DNA of 64,000 nucleotides from Yuukianura sp. NJ FZ-2021 (Eukaryota): NCBI GenBank assembly GCA_046563655.1, contig CM102286.1, positions 12,958,001 to 13,022,000 of the forward strand, read 5' to 3'. Shown piece by piece: positions 40,081 to 53,035 of this stretch (position 1 is its first letter; each line of letters starts with the position of its first letter). The notes under the pieces were generated by a model. It saw only the letters and a program-made list of their open reading frames with translations, ran no database searches and was not told where the DNA came from. The position numbers and the translations under genes were made by a program.

Positions 40081-42459
40081 TTATTCACTATCATCGATTT
40101 TGAATACGTTAGACTGTGCTTTCTTAATTGCTTCAATTGCTTCCTCGTGCTTCTTCTTTGCACGTTCCGCTTCTAGGAAGTGAAGTCTCTTCGGCCTGTA
40201 CCGTGGATTCTTGTAGAGGTACTTGTACTTGTAAGGCTCATTTCCTGGCTGCATGAAAAACCTCTTCCTGGCATCCATCGGTCGCGTGTCATGGTCAATC
40301 TTGACATAAAATTTGATAATTTACACTCAAAAATCTAAAAATATCATGTATTACATGTGCATACTGACCTTGTATATTCTTTCCCAGTCGTAAATCTCTG
40401 GTAATTGTAGATTAAAGTGATCCTGTCTCCTTTGGCTGTACATCTCGTGGAAGTTGTACAGAATAAATTCTCGTCTATAGTCATCAGCAACCTCTTCCAG
40501 GCTGGATTTCACGTAAGGAGTTTTGAACGGTTCCTGCTTTGAAAAAGTCGGAGCTAGAAAGAACTTCAGCAACATTTCTAGTACTTGTTCGTTTAAGCTC
40601 CCGTTTGCATCAAAGAGGTTCATGCTTGGCAGTGTCCAGGAGTAATTCTGCTTAAGATTCTTCTTCATCCTCAGATCTACGAAAAGTTTAAGATTTGTTG
40701 GCTGACTGTAACTAAAAAAGTCTTGAACTTCTACTACTTACCGTCCAGTTGAATAGTGTTCAATTGGTATGCTGAGAAAGACCATTCTATCCCGTTAAAA
40801 ATTACTGTTTGCGTTGTCAGCGGATAATCTATATCTCCAAATTGGTCAAAACCTACAAAAATTGCTTCATATAAGTCACTACGTAGAAGTAAGCAGTAAT
40901 AAGTCAAAATACTACCTAACATATACGCTTGAGCTAGCAGTCTAGAAAAGGAGGTCAGAATCCCGTGAGCCTCCAGAAGTTGAGGTTTGCGTTGGAGGTA
41001 TGCTGGGTGCTTTACATTATCAAATTCCTCTGGAGTGTCTTCCGATGCCACCGACTCCAGAAAATGAGCTGAATGGAAAGACAATACGTTGGCCTTCGCT
41101 GGATCAGCACTCCAGTGTCCTAAAAAAATCCGTTTTAAGTAAGGTTACTAAATGTAGTCACGAAGGTTTAAGCTTGTGTATATCATTACCTGGGATATTG
41201 GTTGCATAACGCAATTTTTTTTGGTAGCCATACACAGCAGGAGATCGTGGAAATCCAAAGAGTGACTCGGAGTCCGAATCAGTAGTATTGGAGTAATCTT
41301 GAAACAAATTCTGAAGTGGCGCCTGTGAACGAATCTGCACAAGTGGATCACCCAAATACTGGAACGTCCTAGTAATTGGAAAACAAAGTCAGAAATCAGA
41401 TGCACTATGTTTATTAGTAATTGATTTCCACCCTTCATCAGAAGCGTATCTTACAGAGCCTTGTAACTCAGTTCGTCTAATCGATACGGATTCATTCCCT
41501 CTTTCCGTTTTTCTTCAATCCATTTTAGTTTGGCTGGTCCTGCATTGAATCCTCCGACAAACCAAAACGCTTCACTCTTCGGGCGATAATCAACCTGGTA
41601 GAAATAAGACGGAAATTCACCTTTCCAAAAAGTGCATAAACGCTTATAGAGAATATGAAAAATGGTACCGCTGAGTAAACTTACGTGAACTTCGTTTAGG
41701 ACAGGTTCACTTGCTCCCAATGCTTGAAGAAGGAAACGGGAAACTTGATTTGCAATGCCTTGATTTCGTTGCAGCGAAAATTGCGCTGGAGTTTCTCCAT
41801 CGGCCCTGCTCCGTCTAAATAAAAGTACTACGTTATTTAGTTTAAAGTAAATAAATTGCATAACAAAACAATAAAATTATGTATGTAAACAATATTTCTA
41901 CGTACTCGATTCCATACATCTCGAACTTCAAAACCTCTTCTAATGGTTTTCTAAGCAATTGAACGTAATGCATAGTTTTGGACAACAGTTCTGGCGAGGA
42001 ATACAACGAAGGGGCGCTTCCGCTAGGAACTGAATGAGTTCTTGTGATGTATTTCATGAAAGGTAGAACGTCATAATTGAAACGGTCCTCTGTCAGATTG
42101 TACGCCTTCCAACCATAGTTACTAAAACCATCAAGGAAAGTTAAAAATACTTCGACTTTACTAGGTAATCTATGAATTTTATTATAGAAGTATACTAACC
42201 GGATGTCATTTATTTTCATCAGTTTCTCCTCGACAGTTTCTTTAGAACGTATTCCGGCCTGCCAGTCAAGAACTTCCTTCCGCTTCTTCATTGCTATGTC
42301 CCCGTAGTTGGGAGTTTCACGGTCTATTGGTGGGTACTGCGCCACGTCCGTATAGTCATCTTCATAAGCCTTTATCCCTGACGGGAATGCGAATCTGGTT
42401 TTACATCGTACTGCTTGGAAGGTCAAGACTTTCGAAGCCTTTGACCTTAGATGGTACAT
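40081..42459 (-). CDS. MRPS30: Mitochondrial ribosomal protein S30 (mL65/PDCD9 family), multi-exon
   Basis: Basic mitochondrial-targeting-like N-terminus; AQYPPI; VDYRPKSEAFWFVGG; QIRSQAPL; AHGILTSFSRLLAQA; DIDYPLTTQTVIFNGIEWSFSAYQLNT; PEIYDWERIYK; RPMDARKRFF. Confidence 0.85.
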
Positions 42460-43809
42460 GTTCTTCTCAAGCCTTGGTGTTACCAACAACTTAAGTTTAA
42501 AAAAGATCGCTTGAAACTTTATAACACACGATTACGTAAACTTGTGACGACAACATCTACAATTGGCGAAGAAAAATGAACAATTACCGTTAATTCTGTA
42601 CTTAAATTGTAATTTAATAAGTTTGGGTTTACTAAAGATAATTATTTTACCGGTGTAAAATTGAAATAGAAAACATTGGCTGCACCACGTGCTTCTCTGT
42701 CATCTCTGTTATCTCTCTCACGCGGTTTACTCGCACACTTGTGATGTTGGGGTGCGGCACGACATTTAAATTGCGCCTCGTGCGTTCTTATCGAAACATT
42801 CTTTCGAACAAACATTCTTTCCTTTCTGAATACAGTTTGCAATATTACAATGCCATTTTTTTACGCTTTATACTAATCGGTAAAACGCGGTCTTTCCGGC
42901 TGGCCATTGACGAAAAGTTCGAACTCAGTCTATTTGCTTTATACTCACCTACTACTGCAACGTTCTGCATAAAGCCAAAACAATTTGGTGACGCCATAAC
43001 TTCAGATTTCTTTATTGATTCGGCATTTGGCCTTCAATATTTGGCAGAACCAATGTCAAAAAATGTTGGTTGGGGGAAGGATGCTGTGAAAAGTTGCATA
43101 ATTGTTCTCATTTATCGATTATTAATGTATTCTGGTTTCGAGTTCGACAAACCGTTGTTACACCGCACGCCTCTCTCCGCTGTGGGAAAATACTGGGCGT
43201 GATACATTTCATTCATCAGGACATAGTAAACACAGTAAAAGCGAAAGTACATCTCTTAATTCCTTGTGACGTAATACAAGATAAGGAATGAGAAGATAAC
43301 CCAATTTAGAAATCGCAAAAATCGTCAACATCATCTGCTACTGCTGATTCACAGTACATAAGGTTCTAAGGTGTTATTTGATCAATCTCTCCATTTTTAC
43401 GTTTCACCGTACAAATTCCGTTGGAGTTCGGTAAGTATTCATTTTAAACTGTAGATAGAATAGAGAATGTATTATTATTGGTCGGGCTTTGTAATTTATT
43501 GTTGTGTATTTGTACACCAAGACGTTTTTTTATTAATCTTCACCATTTATTAGTTGCGTAACGCTTTAAGTTGAGGATATACTCATACGAGCCCATGAAA
43601 CAACTATCTCGAATGCCAATTCGGCTGGTATAGCTTAAATGCAAATTAACACCAGAAATCATATGTATTTATAAAGAAACGAGGATGGCTGCAAGGAGGA
43701 TTACCTCACCTCCATCGCATACCTAATCACTATAAACTACATAGACATCGGTTGGACATACTATTCAAGTTTAATCTTTGTTTTTTTTTTTGTATGGATT
43801 TCCAGCAAA

Positions 43810-46800
43810 ATGTCAGGCGGAAATCCAAGTCCAACATTCCTAACTGACGAAGAAGAAGAGCTTGAAGCTACGATTACACCGCCGCCTACGCGTCCAAAGG
43901 TTGCACATTCACTGCAAGGTGTTTTGTGTAAATGGACAAACTACATACATGGTTGGCAAGATCGATTCATGATTCTAAAAGATGGATCCCTGTCTTACTA
44001 CAAATCTGAACAAGAGCTTTCATTTGGATGTCGTGGGTCAATCTCTATTCTGAAAGCGAAGATTAAGGTAATTCCTCCATTTCAAACGTCATATACTATA
44101 TGGTGTTCAGTGAATTTAATTTGATGAAATACTACTCTTCACAGCCTCACGATTTTGACGAATGCCGATTTGACGTATCTGTGAATGACTGTGTTTGGTA
44201 CCTGCGAGCTACTAGTCCCGAGGACAGGACGAAGTGGGTTGAAGCGTTAGAACAATATAAGGTTCATATTTTACATTTACTACATTCGTATTTAACTTCC
44301 CGAAACTTAGATTATTTTATTTTGTCAGGTTAATATTTACAATCATTTGCTATTTACTTTTAGATGGAATCTGGATATGGAAGTGAGTCGAGTTTGCAAC
44401 GATACGGTAGCGCAGTATCAATCGCTTCAAATACGCTTTCCACAACGTCTGGTTCGAGCTTTCGGAAGGGTCGCGGTCTAAAGGCGAAGTTGGGAGAACT
44501 AGAGACATACCGCGACATTTTGATTCAACAAATTGATAAACTACAGAAATACTTTGACGCCTGTTCAGCTCTTACTGGAAGTACGGACAGTCTACTAAAC
44601 TCAGGTACGTTCACAAAAGTCAAGTTTTTAGCTCGGAAAAGCGCCAAAAGTGTATGACACGTCATTTCTAAAATCGCATCTCTGACTTCCTTTATGATGC
44701 AATAATCAGTCATCATCCGACGTCAATGTTGACTCATTCATAAGACTTCGAAATTGGTTCTTTGGGTTAAAGTTCGTCTGTAATAGGATTTGGAAAGCAA
44801 TTCCTGTTTACTTCAAATGAGTCATTGTCTCCTCATTATCGGTCATGTGTTTGTGTGTAAAACACTTGTGTTTCCAAAGCCCATTATCCATCAGTATTTA
44901 CTTCTCACACATTGTTATTTGTATTTGTAGAGCTACTTTATCATTGTTATTGTCAATTGTTACCAATTGGGGTTTACCTCCCCGCTGGAGTTCGCGTGCA
45001 CAAATTTTTCCAAAACATTGGTTGCAGGAAGTTTTGATTAGAAATTAACAGTGTTAATAAGTCAGGGATTTTAGTTCGTTTAAGTCAGTAACACATTAGC
45101 GTCTGTGAAACAAGTTCGATGTAAAAACTTACAAGGTGTAAATCACAACTTGTAAAGAACACTTCGGATTCTCATCATCTCATCCCACACATTACGTCAG
45201 TATCATTCTATTGCGGTTAGTTAATTTTTTACTTTAAATTATTTTACACTGGAAATTACGTGGTCAGTTGAGTCATTAAACCGGAAAACTATTTTGATAA
45301 GCTGGAGAAGTCGAAGTAATTGTAGAGTTAATGTTAAAGAACGTAAAGATTCAAGTAACGCCATTGGTGTTACGCGTTTTAGCCACTTTTAGCTGAACGT
45401 GTTTCACATATTTGCAAGAGTAAGCTATTTCTTTAAATTGTTATACTTAATTTTTAATTAAGCGTCTGTCTCGACTTAACGTCTGCTGTTAGTTTAATTT
45501 GTTTTTCTTTGAACTTGCAGCTCATTACGGTCTTAAGATTGTGCAAAACTAAAAGTTAGGGACACACAGCCAGGGGTACTTTTTTGTTACGTATTTGAAC
45601 AAAATAAGCCACAGTCTTTTGTGAAGGGATGGTGTAAGGGACGTGGGTTTGTAAAAAAAAATCGGAGTACTTTGTGAGTGATCTTCATCTTTTCTTTTGC
45701 TTTTCATACAGGAAGCAATTCCAGTTCGGTTGGGGACGGACCTTCGCCTGGTTTAAACTCTGTGGACTTCAGGGGCGAGGCCTTGACCTTTAAAGTAAGT
45801 ACAATTTGCTTAACTATCATTAACATTATCTTACAAAGATTAATGGCTTGAGTAACTGATATTTCTGTTGTTATTGTAATAGGCAACAACATCTGGAGTC
45901 TTGACAGCAATTTCCCATTGTATTGAAGTCATGTCTCAAAGGGAAGACATTTGGAGGAAGCGCGTGGAGACTGAAGTAGAGAAGCGGAAGAAAGTTGAAG
46001 AATACTTTAAACAATCGCTGAAGGAAGCGCACGACGTCAACGCAAAGCTGGTTATGATTGGACCGGACTGCGAGGTAAACGATCAGGATTCGTCACTATT
46101 TTCGTCATAAGAGGCTTTTTGAAGTAAATGTTTGATTTTGTGTTTGTTGCAGGAAGGACCACACAGTGCAATGAAGGAAGAGGAGTTTTTTGACGCAGTT
46201 GAACTGGGTTTGGATCGTTTAGAACAAGAAGAAGCGTATCGAGAGAAATTGAATGAAATTGAACCGATGTCGAGTGGGCTTCCAAGACAATTCCATCCTC
46301 TCAATTCCGAAATTGATCGTGTCACAATGGAACAGCTCCATTACGCTCGATTGGGCGTGGGGGAAGGTGGTTCGGCTTCGACGTGGGAATTATTTGCAGA
46401 AGATGGAGAAATGCGAATGTACAAGAGGGAGGAAGAGGTTAACGGCCTGGTATGTGGGAGTCTTTCAAACTTTAGATAAGATGTCTACCGTTTTTTCAAC
46501 TCAATAGTTATGTTGTTGATTTTTAGGTAATGGACCCCTTGAAGGCAGTTCATACTGTCAAGGGTTTCACGGGTCATGAAATGTGCCAGCTTTTCTTTTC
46601 ACCTGATGTTCGCATGGAATGGGAAAGTAAGCTTGAACAACACATTCACTCTCTATTTAATATTTTTTTTTACGTTTTTAACTTTGTTTTTAGTGACGGT
46701 TGATCAAATGAAAATACTCGAAACAATTTCCGAAGACACCATTATATTTCTTCAAATTCACAAAAGAATATGGCCTTCAACCCAAAGGGACGCCGTGTTT

Positions 46801-47300
46801 TGGTCACATATCCGTCAAGTTCCAGATTCAGAAAATCCAGATGCTCCTAACCTATGGATTGTTTGTAATAACTCTACTCCTCACCCCAGTGCTCCCGTGA
46901 GTGTTTTGTAAGCACTTTAAAAACGATGAACAAAATTGTTAAGTTTTGCTTTCATTTCCTAGGAAAACACAAATGGCAAATTAATCCGAATCTTCATGAC
47001 TGTTTCTCTAACATGTCAAACTATCGTAAATCCTCCTAAAAATGGTGCAGAATTGACAAGGGATGATATCACATGTAAAATTACATACTGCTCAGTTGGT
47101 AAGTGCTGTTACGACTTAGGCAATGCTTACATTTAATGTGGGATTGATATTATTATGTTATTGCTTTTACAGTAAATCCCGGTGGTTGGGCTCCAGCTGC
47201 TGTACTTCGTTCAGTGTATAAGCGAGAGTATCCGAAATTTTTGAAGAAGTTTACGCATTACGTACAACAAAAGGTTAAGAACAAGCCGATTATGTTCTAA
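43810..47300 (+). CDS. CERT1: Ceramide transfer protein (CERT/COL4A3BP/STARD11), multi-exon
   Basis: PH domain ([15 protein letters not shown]), serine-repeat region ([32 protein letters not shown]), coiled coil, FFAT motif [14 protein letters not shown] domain ending [28 protein letters not shown]...KPIMF*. Confidence 0.93.
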
Positions 47301-47883
47301 AGCTATTCAGAAGCAAAATATGACATTCGTTTTTCTACTTAACGAAACGGAAGCGGAATTAACTTTTCTACTGAACTTGGAGTGACTGAATAACATCGAG
47401 ACACAGGTTAATTCAATGTAAGAGAGATTTTGCCTCTTACTATTTAGTTGTCACTACAACTTTAGATGTTCAGGATTGGTTCACAAAGTTCCGAACCTAA
47501 TGTGATTTTCACATTGGAAAAGCAGCACGTACGCAAATATGAATTATTTACAGATATTTACTGATTATTCTCGGATGAATAAAAATGCTATTATACATTT
47601 ACGTCGTTAGTATTTAGCCGGTTCAAAGATTTCAAAAACTACTTGACGTGAGGAATACGTAAATCTTCCGTTTACGTTATCTCAATGTATTACCGCAGAC
47701 GGACAAGGTCACTGCATAAAGTGGCTTTGACTACTAATGTAATACTAACAATACGGCGTTGACTGTTGCTGCAACGTGCAACACTGTTGCAATACCTGAA
47801 GACTTTTATTTCTTAAATGCATAAAGTTGAAAATGGTCACTTTTTTAAAGATGGGATGGAAGAATTTTGGCACATTTAAAAAC

Positions 47884-49482
47884 TTATTTGGCGTGAAGAA
47901 TGTGTAAACTTTTCATGTGCCTAACAGTAGTTTCACTCATTGTCAATGCAGCATTTATGGGGTTCAGATTTTCGTATTTGGCAAGGGAGAGTCCAGCAAT
48001 CCCTAGAAACGTATGGAGTGGATCAGGATAGTCGTTAGCCTGTTTCCCAATTCCGCCTATAATTGGGTTTTGATTGTGTAGAATGTAGTCGATATTTTCC
48101 TTGGAATTTGCGAAATGTGTGCTTTCAAGCATCTGCAACAATGATATGACACTGTTACTTGATGAAAACGGGTTAAGTATTAATCTTACACTAGAATAGA
48201 ACAATACCTCGAGCGTTGCTCCAACCCAGAATGAATAGCATGTATCCTCCTCTTTGTTTGGCCTGCCAGTAAATCCGCCTAATTGCCGCCGTAAGCAATA
48301 TCTACGTATACGATCCATCTAGAAACCAACAAGTATTAGAATTAGAGGCAAGCTTCTTCCAATGACAATTGAACTGGTCAGTAGGCAAGCTTCTTCCAAT
48401 GACAATTGAACTGGTCAGTTCTCGTCGTGTACCTCCTCGTCTGTAAGTGATTCGTTCAACTTTCCCAGAAGAACTAACGAAGCAATGGCACAGAACGTAA
48501 ATGCAGCGTGACCCTCAGCACCAATTGATCCCGAACCAAAAGCTCCTTCATATGTCTGTCGTTGAATAATCAAATCAAATATATACATCATTCATTGGCA
48601 ACAGATTTACCATCTCCACGTTGTGATTAATTGAACCTTACCAAGCTCTTCCTAATGTAAGATAAGACACTTGGTATGTTGATGGAAGAAAAGTCGTTTA
48701 GGATGTAGCAAACTGCAATGGCAGAGTAGACAAAACGCATATCACTTTCACAACAGCTTGGGCCTGCCCTAAAACTGAAATAAATCGGTAACCAACGCAA
48801 AGCGATTTGTGGACCTGATCAAAGTATTTGAGCTACGTTACTACCAACCTTCCGTCCTTGTTTTGAAGGCTCCCAACTCCGTTTAGCAATTTTTTAACAT
48901 TTACGCGTTCCAGATTGTCTCCAAGAGTTAAAAGGCAAACCAAGGCAGCAAACGTCATTGTAACGTGAGTTGAATATAAGTTAACTGGCAGCTTCGTTGT
49001 GTCATTAAACTGAAGCGTTTTTGATCCATAAAATCCCGACGCTGCTGATGGGTCTAAGGAAGCAAAGAGTAGCAAATTCATTTACCATTTAACTAAGACG
49101 AAAAAATCAACCAAGTTTACCGGAAACCTGAAGGGAATAAACGTAGGCGAGGATCCGCTGCTTGTCTTGCTCTCTCAAGCAATCGATAGTTTGAAGAAGA
49201 TCCAACGTTGACAGGACAAATTGGAGTAATGTAAGCCTAAAAAAAAGAAAAGACTGAATAACATGACACCCAAAATGGCGTAAGTTTTTCAATTGTCACT
49301 TACTTTGATGTATCATACTCCTGGTAATCGTTAGGAATTGTTCGAAATAGAATAGCTAGACAGTATTTTGTATGGGTTGGTTTCAGAAGTTCCATTTTCC
49401 AAGAGGGATTATGATGAATCACAAAATTATCGAACCCTTCATTGTCACTGTCAGCTTTTCCTGGTTGATTTCCGGTGTCCAT
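47884..49482 (-). CDS. PGGT1B: Geranylgeranyl transferase type-1 beta subunit, 7 coding exons
   Basis: Spliced prenyltransferase repeats: LQNKDGSF, ESDMRFVYSA, TYEGAFG..EGHAAFTFCA, GFTGRPNKEEDTCYSFWVGATL, PDPLHTFLGIAGLSL, INAALTMS. Confidence 0.88.
48346..48419. repeat. Perfect 37-bp tandem duplication in a PGGT1B intron
   Basis: AGGCAAGCTTCTTCCAATGACAATTGAACTGGTCAGT at 48346-48382 and 48383-48419. Confidence 0.95.
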
Positions 49483-50168
49483 TTTTGTAGTTAATCGGAG
49501 AAGGTTCAGTTTGGTTGTTCAGTAACGATGTCGGCGATACTTTTAGTTTGTGTTAGACAATCCGAATTCCGAAAATTGTAAAATCAAAAACAATTGGAAT
49601 TAATTGCTCATTCCTTTCTTGCAAGTACAATTTTTTTTTTTTACAAAATTACAAAAATTTGCAAATAACCGGCCAACAGGTTACCAACACATACTCCAGG
49701 TCACCTCAGTACGTCTACCACGGGCATTATTGAATTTAGTGTGTATTCGTACATCTGCATCTGCAACATCAAAATGAATTTGCTGTCTTAATTACTTAAT
49801 TAATTAGTTTAATTAACCAGCTTAATTGAATAGTTAACAAAAAAAAATCTTAATTTTTATGACTACCCCACTAATTTCGTTATTCGACATTGTCCCCCTA
49901 ATTTCGCGACTTTTGGAATTGAACTTTTATTAGTTTTCATAATGAATTTTAAAAAAGGTAAAAGCAGCATTCGTTTCAATTTACGAAAAAAAAGACATGC
50001 CTATAAGGTGACTTCATTTCTTTAATCATAGAACAATGCATTTTAATTAATCGTAATTAACTTGTTTGGGTTTGGATTTAATGCTTCAAAGGTTCCGAAC
50101 AAATCCTGAAAAATATTGAAGTTTCGATTTTAGGAGTTAACTTAATGCCATTCGTTTTTAATTTCAAG

Positions 50169-50393
50169 ATGCTTTTCACGTCTACCTTCTGGCTAGTGCT
50201 AATTGTTGGGCAATTAGTTAAGCTTAACTTTAATTGTGATTCGGCACATTGCATGCGCCATGATTTCTACTTAGGAGCCATGGGTGGATTCAGTGCTACA
50301 CCGTGTCCTAATGGCTACTACCGTTCCAGTGCTACCAGGAAATGTACCAAAATGAATCCAAAACGTCATCATTCTACTTGGGTGTGGAAATAA
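50169..50393 (+). CDS. Candidate small secreted cysteine-containing peptide
   Basis: ATG ORF of 74 aa with a hydrophobic N-terminus (MLFTSTFWLVLIVG) and a basic C-terminus PCPNGYYRSSATRKCTKMNPKRHHSTWVWK. A canonical intron (GTAAGT at 50423 ... TTTTCAG about 50514) follows. No homolog recognised. Confidence 0.45.
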   Translation: MLFTSTFWLVLIVGQLVKLNFNCDSAHCMRHDFYLGAMGGFSATPCPNGYYRSSATRKCTKMNPKRHHSTWVWK

Positions 50394-51737
50394 CAACTTC
50401 AAAAACGCATTTCTTAGGATAAAGTAAGTTTTAGAATTTCAAAAAAATTCAATTGTCGAAATCGGACACTGGAAAAGTTATCGTAACCACTGAAATTCTC
50501 TTTTTCTTTTTCAGAAAGCCTCCTTTTTTGAAATCGATGACTTAATAGAGTTTCTAATCATGAACACCCTAAATGCATACGTTCTTTTTGGAATTTTTAA
50601 ATGAAAGCCAAAATAACTGCGTTAACGAAAAATCCTAACTGTTTTCGATTCAAGTATTTGCAAGATCTCAAGATTTTTTTCTGCATTCAATTGAAACTAT
50701 AAATAAAACTTTTCCAGACGTTGCAACATTTTGCTATTCTGATTTTTATTTTTACCGTAAAATTCTCCTTTCCGTCGTTTCCAATTAGTGTTTGCACAAA
50801 TTTTGTTTATTTTTTGAAGTTTTCTGTTTCATCTCGTTGTGCCAAGTTTTCATTATTCGAAAGAGAACAAGGAACAAGGAATAATTCGAGTGGATTTTAC
50901 TAACACAAGCAAAGCTAAATTGGCCAAGCATAAAATTGTTTGTCAAAAATTATTCAGCTCCAATGTAGAAGGTTCGTTCCTCGTGTCACCATTTTTCATT
51001 TATCAAATCTGCGTAAGGAATCGCAAATTTAAAATTAGCAACCAAAACTTCATAACCGTCTTTTCCAGCTTTATGCCACAGACATAACTCCTACCATGAT
51101 TGATTTACCTTTTGAAATTAGTTTCTACCTTGATGCTTTGTTCAGCACATTTTGAAAACTAATTTTTCATCTTACCAAACATATCATCGCCCACTTTCTC
51201 ATTCAAGAAACTAGGCTGCTTTTGAAGTGAGAGAAAATTAAAAAAAATAGTCATCTGCAAACCAAAATAGAAAGTTATTTTCAAAATGAGTTTTCTTAGA
51301 ATTCAAAATGAACAAAGTCGTGTTTTGGATAAAAGGCGATGAAAATCGGCATCTTTTGGTCACTTTTGATGAGAAAGGACCGCAGATTAAAAACGAAAAT
51401 TGGAATCAAGCAGTAAGAAGCTCCGAATTAGAAAAATATTTTGAATTTTTCCCTTCATTTTCAAAATTTTGGACTCACACGGATTGGCATAAGGTTGAGG
51501 AAGGCTAAAACCATTTTCCTGCTTTCATTGTTTCCTGTGCTTTCTTCCGGGGTTGAAGTAAGCTCAACTTTCTCCGCCTGTAAGACGCTCTCAGAGCAAT
51601 ACATTTTCACCATTCAACTTAATCTAAAGTATTAATTAATCAAACTATAAAATTAAACATTAATTGTTTAGCTGTAATTAATTTCGACTGCGTAATTATG
51701 TTAACTCAAATGCATTTGTGTTTTCATAGCTTCAACA

Positions 51738-52622
51738 ATGGGGAAGCGAAAGTATCCGGCAGTGAACATGAATCTGGGAAGAGCTGCCAAACCAAAAATT
51801 GTAAGTAAAACTATAGTTAAGTTAATTGAAAACTTAAAAAGTGTGATTTGATTTTATGGTTTTTAGCTTCTAATTGCCCTGTTAGTAATTTACTGTCACG
51901 ACAAAAATGTTTCTGCCAATGTCAAAACCGACATTCACACGCGTTCGACAGGTCAACGACTCCGGGCACCGCTACCGCTCGAGGAATTAATAAAAGAGCT
52001 TCAGTCAGAACCGAAAGGCGGATTGTCTGATTCTGAGGAAATGAATGAGGTCGGACCATTCATCGGAAACGCCGAAATTATGCCACGAAAGAAGAAAAAC
52101 TGCGGAATGTCATCCGTCGGTAAAACTTTTCACGGGATTTCTAAAATGCATTTTGATTGATTTTTTTTCTGAAATTTTTTAGCTGCCAGAGCGCTGATAA
52201 ATCCATCGCTGAAACGATCCTACTTTGCTCTGACGCCTGAAGAAATGGCACAGAAGCAAGAGGAGGAAGGGCGCCAAAAGCGGGAAGCTACGAAACGCAG
52301 TGACTTTTTAGGGGATGGGCCCTTACCTTGGTCCTGTGAAACTGAATACAAGTGGAAGGACATGGGACCTGGTCATTATCCCCGCTTTGTCCGAACGGCC
52401 GAATGCAAACAACCGCTCTGCTTCAACGGTTTTTTTCGTTGTAAGCCACGGCGTTACAAAACCAAAGTTTTACGGCGTCTTACTGCGACGGAAGAAGCAA
52501 CTTGTGAAGATGACGATGTTTCGCTCCCAGAAACACTGCGATCTTCTTGGAAGTTCATCACGGTAACGATTAACCTGTGCTGTGATTGTTCCGGTCGTCT
52601 TTCGGTACCGCAGACTCAGTGA
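51738..52622 (+). CDS. Trunk/PTTH-family (noggin-like) cystine-knot secreted ligand, 3 coding exons
   Basis: Exons 51738-51800, 51867-52119, 52183-52622, in phase. Signal-like LLIALLVIYCHDKNVSA, furin site RQKR, mature domain PWSC..WKDMGPGHYPRFVRTAEC..C..C..KVLRR..C..W..CCDC typical of trunk/PTTH. Confidence 0.85.
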
Positions 52623-53035
52623 TCTCAAATGTCAAAATCAATTTGTATTTTAAATTTTGAAATATTTTCAAATTTTGTTCATGTTGATTATCCAAGTTCA
52701 AATCGAATTTCGATAATAACACCAAACTCGTTCAATTTATTTTCACGAAACGTTTTTTAAGAAGTTTAACTGCAACAGAAAATGTAAGAAAAAAGCATGC
52801 TTATAACAGTGAAGTACAGAATTTCGTAATACCAAGGTGGCGTCGAAGCAATTGCTCCGCCTATGTTGTTGTGTCAAATAAAACAAAGTTTGGATATGAA
52901 GGTCAGAGGTCACCATTCTCCTTTTGAGTTACTTCAACTTAACAAAACGACTAACCTAATCCACTTTTTTAACCTAGTGATAAATTTAGTACGTTGGTCA
53001 TTTGAAGTTAATAGAATCAAACACTCAATCAGCCT

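Noticed and set aside
42741..43202. 153-aa + strand ORF between MRPS30 and CERT
   Set aside because: Lies in the divergent promoter/5' leader of CERT, starts at GTG, and has no recognisable motifs.
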